From positions 62,001 to 126,000 of the forward strand of contig DF236972.1 of NCBI GenBank assembly GCA_000708835.1: a DNA stretch of 64,000 nucleotides. The letters are read 5' to 3'. Below are positions 24,701-34,690 of the stretch, in pieces; positions within the stretch are counted from its first letter, which is position 1, and each line of letters opens with the position of its first letter. The position numbers and the translations under genes are program-made. Source of the stretch: Klebsormidium nitens. Its lineage: Eukaryota; Plantae; Klebsormidiophyceae. A model generated the notes under the pieces. That model worked only from the letters and a program-made list of their open reading frames with translations. It did not search any database and was not told where the DNA came from.

Positions 24701-26319
24701 AGCGAGGGAAGCGAAAGAGGAACTGGCCATCTACCTCTTTGGGGACAAGGGTGAGGAGGGATACCTTGATCGAGCTAGCAAAGCACCCAATTGGGCATTC
24801 GCAGAAGTCAGATTCAGGGCTTTTGGGGCACTTGAGTCTTGAGCTTTTGCGATTGCACTCGAATTAAAAGCTCTCGCAGCATGGCGTGTCCTGGATAGGA
24901 GAAGGCGAGCCTCTACACCCACGTGGGTTGCCAGTGTTTCACTTGGGTCCGATCCTGACTTCAACTCTCCGTGCTTTTTTTGCAGTTCCATACGGCCTCC
25001 TCTGCAAAAACTGCAGCTCCCCCGCAATCTTTGCCCGGCGAGGGGGCAAGGGAGGGGGCGGTTTTGAATGCTTCTGCAAGAAGCATTATGAGCGAAAGAA
25101 TCCTGGTAATGCTGGCGGCTTCGAGTTGGAGAAGACCCGGGCAGGTGAGCCCTATGCACCCGCCATAGCGCTGCCTCGAATCACTGTGCCAGCTGCAACC
25201 ATGCGAGTTTGAGATGCAGATCTCGAGAGTCTGTATGCATACTGGCTGTTGTCCACAAGACTGCGATTGTTTGCATCTGAGCACTCGTTGCAAAGGCTTC
25301 GTGCCTTTTCACAGAGTGGGCACGTGTTCGCGAAGTGCGCAAGTTGAAGAGAGAGCTGGCGCAGGCGCTTGACGAGGACGCAGAGCTGAGGAGGGAACAT
25401 GGTAAGATTCCACAGGCAAAGGGCAAGAACCGTGCACGATTTGACCTTGATGGGCAGCTCTTCGCTTGATTTAGGCTTTGTTCTGTCCTTATTCTGAAAG
25501 CTTGAAACCCGTTGAGCTCCGATGCCCACATCGAAAGGTCGCTGCAAAGCTTGCCCGCAGGCTCACGTGCCAACAAGACTCGTTTTGGCCTTCTTTCACA
25601 GCATGCGACGGATATCAGCGCGATAGTTTTTGCTGGGACGCAACCCCCAAGAGCAGGAATCTCATTGGTGAGTCATGGCTTGAAAGAGTTTCGATCTTCT
25701 GCTTGTAGCTGCCCGTCTTTTGACGTTTGTGTACATGAGGAAAAGTGACAAAGCTTGGGCAGTACCCAGATGACGAGTCAAACTTGCTGGACCACACCTT
25801 GCAAATGGCATCGAGCAGCTGAGAGTGGGATTCCTTATTACTTTTGACAAGGTGTGGTCCAGTCGACAGCAGTGGGTACGCTTTTCCACTCTTCACGACC
25901 TGAATGATCTGTCTGGCTTGCTGGACCACACCTTGCAGATGGCTTTTGAGTGCAAAAAGTGGTTTTCCTTATGATCATTGACAAGGTGTGGTCCATGACC
26001 GGATGTCCGGTCTGATTTGCTGACCCACACCTTGCACATGGCCTTACAGTGCTGAGAGCGGGGTTCCTTATAATCTTTGACAGGGTGTGGTCCTCTGAAC
26101 AAACGCGTGCATGCCACTTGCTTCTTTATGACCCGGATGGCCGGTTCGGCTTGCTTGACCATCATTGGCAATCCTCTTGCAGCAAAGCTTCTGCTGATCG
26201 GCGGCGTTGAAAGCAATCCCGGGTGGCCAGCGTCCCTGTCACAGTGGAACGAGAATAAGGACGCTCCTGTCCCTGATGTCCGCCCTCGTCGTCAGCTTGT
26301 GATTTTGCCCTCTCGAGAG
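21793..26319 (+). CDS. Hypothetical multi-exon protein (C2CH finger-like motif, coiled coil, 2A-like motif)
   Basis: Exon-like open segments with good splice sites near 21793-21972, 22243, 22466, 23380, 24270-24750, 24986-25106, 25314-25401, 26183-26319; the last two join in phase 1. Complete model not resolved. Confidence 0.45.
22860..26095. repeat. Dispersed and tandem hairpin repeat family (TGGACCACACCTTG...CAAGGTGTGGTCCA)
   Basis: Perfect 14-bp inverted pairs at 25788-25801/25848-25861 and 25922-25935/25982-25995; near-perfect at 26022-26034/26081-26093 and 23131-23144/23191-23203; degenerate copies near 22863/22931, 23000/23041, 23955/24003, 24088/24138. Confidence 0.85.
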
Positions 26320-26843
26320 GTGAGGACGAGCCCATCCCGACACAACAACTCGCAGCACGGTTCTGTGATAGCTCACGACTCACAAGCGCAGTGCTTTGCT
26401 TCAAAGCGTTGCTAGAGACTATCAGAGATTATGCTGATTTTGGAAAGAGGGCGTCATCTGAACTCGTATACCTGAGCCGAAACCTAGTGGTAGGATCTGT
26501 GAGATCTGAACGACTTCCTCGTGAATGCAATCTCTTGGTTCCATATTCCTAGCCCGGTAAGCACCGTATCTCCAGCACCGTGATCATATAATTCGTCAGT
26601 CCACCTAGAACTAGCGCTTCGCGTTGGCGGCCGTGCAGACAACAGCGCGGCCGCGCGCGCGCTAGGGCCGTTCGCTGCCAGCCGGCGCGGCAGCAGGGGC
26701 ATGTGACGCGGCCGGCGGCCGCCGAATTTTTCAGAACCTGACGCTGAAACCTTCAGCTGCCTTGTGATAACTTCGCCATTCCATATACTATTCGGGTAGC
26801 AGGGTTTCTTCAGCGGCACAAATTAGCCGCAACCTTCTCCAAA

Positions 26844-27113
26844 ATGGCGGCAGCTCTGGCGCTCAGACTCCTTCCGCTGTGGCTCCTCCTCCTAAGCTGC
26901 TCCGCTGCCGAAGCTGCTACTAGCGAGCTGCCCTCTTGCGCGCCTCTTCCGGACCCAGCCCCAATGAACCAGTTCTTGCTCAATAACTCACTAGGCTTGA
27001 CAAACCCACTCTTCAAAGAAGTTCCCCAACCTCTGCAGGTCATTAAGTGCAAGTCGCTTGCAGGCATTCCCCGGCAGCTCTACAGAATTTCTGTTTGGAG
27101 AAATCGAGGGTGA
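26844..27113 (+). CDS. Possible small secreted peptide or orphan signal-peptide exon
   Basis: MAAALALRLLPLWLLLLSCSAAEA is a clear signal-peptide pattern followed by a Pro-rich segment; no downstream exons identified. Confidence 0.4.
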   Translation: MAAALALRLLPLWLLLLSCSAAEAATSELPSCAPLPDPAPMNQFLLNNSLGLTNPLFKEVPQPLQVIKCKSLAGIPRQLYRISVWRNRG

Positions 27114-28299
27114 ATGTTACATCGTTACGTTAATTTGCGTCGGCCCACTCGCGTCCGCGTTCGATGCGTAGCATTAAATCACGAAGGCGCGCGGCCCAGT
27201 CTGACCTTGGCCCCCGACCAGGTGTGGATGTTTAGGGGGATTTTGCGTACGTTTTCGTATCGAACCACGGGCGGACGAAAAACACTCCAGTCTCCCCCCC
27301 GTTATCTTCCGCAGAGCGGCGTCGTACAGCGTCGCCCGAAGGGCGGTTGGGACGAAACCAAAGGTTCGCATATTTACTATGTAAATAGGCAAGCCAATAT
27401 CCTCTTGGTTCCGCTTCTTTTCGCACTGTCTTTGATCAATTTGGCCTTGGAACTTTGGCGGTCATGTCGCTCCAGTGACGTAAATGCGGTATCTGCTGAA
27501 CTCGAACCCCCGTTAACGTTTCGATGCTGGGGGCAAACTCAGATGGGACTTCGGTCGACCACCCCCACGTTAGATAACTAGTGCGAGCCTGAATGATTAC
27601 GTGGTTGTCGAGTCCGGGCGCCACGTGTCTCCTGCTAAATCCCGTGACCCGGATATTTCTGCCTTACGGTTAATGGCATGCAAATGAAACCTAGCAATTT
27701 CGACCTCTCTTGAGGGTCGTAGCAAAATCCGAACCCTGGAATGAATGGAAGTTATGGTGGTGGGTCGTTGAGTTGCTCAAATCGATTATTTGTTAGGGAA
27801 AGCACTCAGTTGGACCTGGTTTGCCCGTGCCACCAAATTGGATCACTCCGTTAACCAGATTGCAAGGACAAGCGCTCTTGCACCCCTTGACGATCACCAG
27901 CTGCAAGGTTGGAATCCCCGAAATTATCGGTTGAAAACGCTTCGGAAGCCTGCATGCACACAGCTAGTGGCCCGCCATTCAGAAGGCATTTCCACCAACT
28001 GTCAACATAAGGCGTAGAATTTTGAGGAAGGTCTTTCTCGGAAGCAAGCCACAGTGGATGTTAAAGCAACCTGGCTCTACAGACTATTATCCCAGGTCGC
28101 CGTGAGCGTGGAATCTATCACAAGGCGCTCCCTCTTTTTTTCCTTGGAAGGAGGAAGAACATCTCGAACAAGTAAGCAGCCCAGCAAAGCGCACTTCAGC
28201 CAGGGTATCTTGTCTTCTTCTACTTTTCACTTCCGATCCGTCAGAGAAAGCTACTTTCAGCCGCTTCAAGAAAAGTTCTGTTTGCAATCAGGCGCAAAC

Positions 28300-31200
28300 A
28301 TGGCGCGTCTTCCCGTTCAGACCCTTCTTCTCTTGGCTCTCCTCCCTTCACTAACTGTGGCTCAATCTCCGGCGATTGATACCGTGCTCTCTCCGGCGCA
28401 AAACCCAGCAGGGGCGTACGACTTCAACTCCTCGGGGACTTCCACCGACTTCTCAACCAGGCAAGTCTTATGTGTGGTCAGACATGCAGTTTTGCTTCTT
28501 TAACATCTCGACGTGGAGCTACCGGTCTGTATGTAGCGTACGAAATCGGAAAACGCTGAATGGCTGAGATCTAGCAACAAGCACGAAAGGTTGCAAACGT
28601 AGTATCATGGTCGCATGCATGATCGCCCATCTCAACTAGAAAGCTCTTTGACAAAAGCGAAAACGCCGTTCTCAGATCAATTTACACTACGATATTCGAG
28701 TTAATGAGATGGTTGTGCCTACAATCCGTATCAGCCGGCACGCTTTTCTTGATGAGCGCTCCCCTGGGGACTTGGTCCCCAGTCGTTGTCGCCAACGCGG
28801 GTTTGAGCAGACACAGAGCCGACTTCACTCATCGCACTAAAATGCAGTATCCAAAGTTGCTGAAATGGTTTTCTCGATGACCGGAACGACGCAGCATACA
28901 TCTCTTGATGCAGAGCTCCTCTGGGGACTTGGTCCCCGGTCGTCGCCAACGCGGGCGTGAGCGGCGTTCACTGGGCGATCACTCACTTCAACACCCTCAT
29001 CATGATCGACCGGAGCGACTTTGACACCAGCTACGTCAAGGACTCGGCAGGCGGGCAGGCCTCCGCCGCGGTGTTAAATCTCGCTGACGTCAGCGCCCCG
29101 GTGCGCGGGCTTGACGTCATCGACAACATGTTCTGCTCTGCGGGGCAGATGTGGCCCAACGGGACCCTCGTCGATTCGGGGGGGTTTCAAACGGCGGCGG
29201 GTGACCCCCGGGGGTACAACGCGATCCGGAAGCTGGACACATGCGCTGCTGAGGAGAGCTGCGACTTCTACGAAGATCCGGGTGAGCGACTCGGGGCTTT
29301 GGTGTCGTCGACTCGAGTTTCACAGAGGGTTTGTTTTTGGTGACGCAATTACATGTTCCGTTCGTGAGCCTTTTGCATGTTATATAGAAGTGTAAGAAAG
29401 CGTTTGCAAGCAATAAATTGGCTTCTAAAGTTGGAAGGAACCTCGACCTAAGTGAACGGCCCAGTTCAAGGCCCGCTTCTAACTGTTTCTCGCTCATAAT
29501 CTGGCAAAAGACACCAACTTGATTCGTTGTCCGAGAATCCTACCCCCTGTAGCGGTCGCAAAACCGATTTGCACTTTGCTGTCTGCTTTATGATGCCACC
29601 ACAAGGCCTGTTCTGGTCCGCAGTCACCTGGTCGAGATTGTAATCCACATTCCCGGGAGCTTTAAAACCAGGTGCCCTGCATCAAATTTCATTATGCTGA
29701 AGAAGCACTGATACCCGTCTGGCCCGTCTGACACGTTTCCGTACTTGTCGCACGTTCCCAAAAAGTTGCTGGGCTGCGGACGCTTCTTCCAAGTTCCACC
29801 AAGCTGGCGAACCGGAAGCGGTACTGGTGCCCGGCCGCGCCCGATGAGTCTGGTGCACGACTTTCCGTAAATGGTGCACGTTTCGGACGCTTTCTCCAGG
29901 TGTCACCATGCTGGCCAAGCGCTGGTACCCGTCCGCGCACCTGATGCCGGACGGCGTCCGCATGGTGTTCCTCGGGGGCGCCGTACAGGGCGACGTTCTG
30001 CTCTTAGAATCCACGGACCAGTCTTCGGACACCTACGAGATGTACCCGCGGACGGCCCCCGCGGACGCTGCCCTACGGACGCTCCCCGTTCTTACGCGCG
30101 CGTTCCCGGCGCCGCTGTACCCGTTCGTGCATTTAATGCCCAACGGCCAGTTTTTCGTGATGGCGAACTACCACGCGGCGCTGTTTGACTTCGACACTGG
30201 GGAGGAGGTGGTGCTGCCGGATATGCCGGGCGCTATTTCGCGGAGCTATCCGTACACTGGTGAGGGTGTAGGGATTTGGCGTGATTGCGTTCTGAGCATA
30301 GATGACACCGTTAATGCGAAGCAAGCCGTCGACAAAGGGAAGATTCATCTTCCGGAGGTTAGGAGGTCTTCGTAGATTGCTTAGAGCCGCTTGCACAGGT
30401 TCGAACGAAACCTTTAGTATTTTGGTTGTGCAGTAGATCTTTCTGGGATCTTTAGCAGAGAATTCACCGTTAAGACGTCAAACGGGATGCAATGCAGAGG
30501 ATCTTATCACGAGGGATTATCGTCGATTTCTCAGAGCTGCTTTGCACAAGTCAAAAGAACGTTCTTTGAAGAGTTTTAAAACGTCGATCATTTTCATGCA
30601 AGAAGATTTTGGGTTTTGGAACAGGCGCTCGGCAGACATCCTCGCTCGAGGGCCGCCGACCTTTCCTTCTGAAATCTCTGAAGGCTTTGTGATTTCCTGC
30701 GGGCACTCGGATCAGTGAACTCTTTGCTCAGTATTCAGCCCATGTCCGACGAGATCGACCAAATGGTAAAGGCATCGTTTAATTGGCGAGTCGACTCATG
30801 GCTTGATTTGTCGACTTTGGTTCAAAGCCGTGCGGCCGCTCCTCCTAAGCCCGAATGAATCGCCTCGTTTTCTCTGCTCTTGGCACCCGCGAGTGACTGC
30901 TGCAGAGAGCTCGGTTCGCAATCCAACGTACCTCCATGTCTGTCAAGATCAAACGGTGTGTTCTGGCCTGCATGATTCACGGCCCGAACCTCACGACCAA
31001 ACCCGAGAACCAAAACCCCAATCAAAACTCAAGCCCTAGAATCAGTAGCCCAAGTTACTCCTCAGGGACGTCTCTCTCCAAGACGCACCCCGGAGAACGA
31101 CTACCATCACAAAGCTCACGTTTCGCTCGTCCTTTGACCGTTCACGATCCAAATAGAAGTGAGTCGACTTCCAGAAGCAGTCTAGCGAGATTTCAGTTGT

Positions 31201-33554
31201 GAGAATCCTCTCTGCAGGGACGTCGGTGCTCCTGCCCATGTCAGTCGAGAACAAGTACACCGCAGAGATCATGGTGTGCGGCGGCAGCGCATTCAGCCCG
31301 ACCGCGTCGCGCGGCGCGGCCGCGTCCGCGTCCTGCGGGCGCATCCGTCCGCTGGACGCGAAACCCACGTGGGTTATGGAAACCATGCCGGACCCGCGTG
31401 TGGGTCCGTACGCAATCATTACTGCAAACGGACAGGTGAAATAGTCCGACTTCTTTTGAGATCATAAGAAACCTTTCAACTACAACGAACGTCACGGGAT
31501 AAACGGGCTCGGAGTAAAGAGTTGGAGTTGGAAGCGTTACCCTTCTGCTCAAAGTAGCACTGCTACGCATGCGAATTGGATGGAACATAACAGGGGTTTA
31601 AGGTTCGAGTGTCTTTGACGATCAGTATCTGGCAAGAGGGACCATAAAACCATACTTTGCGAAGCAAGTTCGCCAAGACAGCAATCTTCGAGGTCACGGA
31701 CCACGTTGAAGCTAGTAAATTTTCAAATTGTCTTTCGGAGCTTTCTCCATCGAGCCTCGCGCTAATACTACCGAAGATTCTCCGTGCGTTCTGAAAGCCG
31801 CGGCTCGAGCGCAATCCACCTCGACACATTTTGGGCTTTGCACCGAGATAATTTCTTGAACGACGTTCTCCGAACCGGGCACCCACCTCGAGACGCATCC
31901 ACCTCGAGACGCTTCGTTCCTGAAGAAATTCTCAGACGACTGTTTTGCCCCGGGCAGGTGATCATCATCAACGGCGCCCGGCAGAGACTGCAACGCCAGT
32001 GACATCGAGCTCACGTACCATTTTGAAGTGGATTTTCAAGTTGTGTATGACCCTTCTCTGAAAGCCTCAGGCTGAATCCGCCCGAGCCTCTTCACGTGCT
32101 CCGAAATTCTTATCGATTGCAAAACGCTTTGCACACTGGCACACAAACAGAATCAGACGAGCTTTCCAAATCGAGCAGATCATCATCATCAACGGCGCCC
32201 GGCAGGGCCACTCCGGCACCGGCACCGGCGTCTCCAACTCCCACGACCCGGTCCTCACGCCCGCGCTCTACCACCCGGGCGCCGCCGCCGCGGCGCGCTG
32301 GACAAACCTCGCGCCGGAAAACACGCCCCGGTTGTACCACGGGCTCGCGATTCTGGGCCCCGACAGCTGTCTCATGACCGGGGGAAGTTCCCCGTACGAG
32401 TGTCCGCTCGGAAGCGGGCCCACGTGTTTTGGCGCGGCTTGTACTGGGGCTGACGACGGCTGTTACCCGAACGAGTTCAGCATTAATAAGTTCTGCCCGC
32501 CGTACGTGTCGAGCGGGATCCCCCAGCCGAAGGTCGCGGTCGCGCCCGCGCAGATCGGCTACGGCGCGCCGTTCGTGCTGACGTGTGCTGTGCGCGCGGG
32601 GCTGGCGGCGCCCGCGGTCCGGGCCGCGATCATGAACCCTGGCTTTGGTGAGTGACCAGCAATAAAAAGCGGTTCGTAATTAGGTTCCGAAAGCTTTTGG
32701 ACTGGATTGCGCGCCGGCGTGCAAAAGCCGCTTCGCGTGTCCAATCAGCAGTAGAAGCTTTTTCTTTTGGAAGTCATACGACGTCGTTCAGTGGGCTTCG
32801 AAAACTGGACGATTACATTCAGAGTAATCTGATCCGTTCTTCGAGGCTTCGCAAGTCGGTTTTCGTTCAGGATAAGGCTGGATCCCTCGCGAAGCTTTCT
32901 GATAAAACCGATGACGAGAAACAAAAGCTGGGAACTACAAGCTTATTTTGCTCGAAGGGCTCTGCCGTTAACGTTGAAGAGTATTATTCAAGGATACTGA
33001 GTGACCAGATCGTAGCCGTTTCTTATGGCCAGTACTTATCTCGCAACTCATGGCGTGTCATTCGCAGTGCTTCGATGCGAGTGCAGCGCTCGGAAACAGG
33101 TCAATAAGGCTCCACATTTTTTTGATTCCCCGTTGATTCAATGAGGCTCAGATCCCAAAAGTCATAGAGCTTCTATCGCGGGTGGGACAAGTGCGGCTAA
33201 AACTACACTGTGATCAGCAATTCAAGCGAGTCGAGAGATTGGAACCTCAGTAAGACCGGAATTGAGGATCCTTTGAAACCAGGTTCCTGTACGATGGTAC
33301 CGGTACTGATTATTTGCAAGGCCCGAATTTTCTCCGCTTTTCTCGGTGCAGCCACCCACTCTCAGATCATGGGCCAGCGATTTGTGTGGCTCGAGGTCGA
33401 CTACACGACGCTCTCCTATAACGCTTCTAACGGGGGGGCAACCGTCACGGTGAAAGGACCCCTCGGTAAGGCTATCGCTCCCCCCGGGTACTACTACCTC
33501 TTCTGCCACGACAGCAACATCCCCTCCACTGCCCAGTGGGTGCAGCTTCTGTAA
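28300..33554 (+). CDS. GLOX: Secreted copper-radical oxidase (glyoxal/aldehyde oxidase, CAZy AA5), 6 exons (28300-28460, 28914-29281, 29900-30259, 31218-31435, 32179-32647, 33352-33554)
   Basis: Signal peptide; GVSGVH, NMFCSAG (Cys), KRWYPS (Tyr), LYPFVHL, SRSYPYTG, PRLYHG (Tyr-His), ATHS (His), APPGYYYLF; all five copper-radical residues present. Confidence 0.93.
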
Positions 33555-34690
33555 AGCAATTGAATTGTGGGCTGTTAATTGAATAATCCCGCTAGTTTCC
33601 CCTCTTTTAAGCCTGATCAGGAGACAATCTAAGTAGGTGAGGTTTTTCGGATAGGAAAAACGACCGCTGATTGCCCGTGCGCGTACATGTATTTTCGGCC
33701 TAAAGCTCTGAGGCACAGAATGTTCTTCGACTGGACTACGTACGTGATTATGAATCGTAACTAGGAGATGAGAAGAGATGAGCAGATTAATTGGGCGTTT
33801 TCATATTCCATCCTGCAATCGTAGTTGAGGAACCAGGCAAAGTGATATCGATTCGTGCCAAAGTTTTTCGTTGGTCTTCCGCTTCCAAACTTTTCGCGAT
33901 AAGACTCAGGATCGAGACAGCTTTGAAGATGTGCAAAAACTCTTCTTACACATGGTAGTCGGTGTGTGCGTGGATGCATCAACGCGGCTTTCACAGCTGT
34001 GTCAAGGACGGATACTAACAATCAGTCATACGATCTCATGGCATACATGCTGCATGTGAAGTCTTTCTTGAGCTTACTTTTCCGTGTCTAAGCACTACCT
34101 ACCGATTGTCTCACTCTCCTTGCCGACGCTACATATGATGCAATCTCACAATTGGCAGAGCGCGAGAGCGCCAATCGTGTTACAAGTGGCGGCCCGGTAC
34201 ACCGGGCCCGATTTACATGTTTGCAGTCGTCGAACGTTCCGAAGTTCGATATATACATGACATCCACTGTGATCAATGGCCTGGCCGAATTTCAAAAGCG
34301 AAGTCGTGTTGAAGCTCGGAAAAGGCAATCGGCTGAAGTCAACAGCCAGATCATCCAACAAATCAAACATCAAGTTACGATCCGTGTTCGATTCATAAAG
34401 CTATTTAACACAAGTCGGAAGTACTATAGACCTACTCTTTAACAAAGACGAGAAACAAACTTGGTATTCTCCTTGTCACTACGCAAAGTGGGCGGCCCGA
34501 TTCCGGGCGTACAGAGTAGGGCCAGTACCCGGTCAATACTGCTCCGCTTATTCTCATTGGTTGGCGCACTGGTCGCGCGTTTCTGGTAGGAACTCACGCA
34601 CTTTCTAATCTTCCTAAGGTACTTAAGTTAAGTACCGTCACGTCTTCGAAATGTATCAAGTCCGCTCAACCTTTGCATCTCCAATAATGC

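Noticed and set aside
25775-26100. CRISPR array or introner-type introns
   Set aside because: Eukaryotic context, no cas genes, loops are mutually homologous; the segment between an acceptor-like and the next donor-like arm (25939-25985) has stops in all three frames.
25615-26216. Minus-strand ORFs with GPHLV...CKVWSSK peptide repeats
   Set aside because: By-product of the DNA hairpin repeat; frames shift between units.
30990-31050. AAACCC-like telomeric seeds (also near 1290 and 60430)
   Set aside because: Too degenerate and short; no TTTAGGG array.
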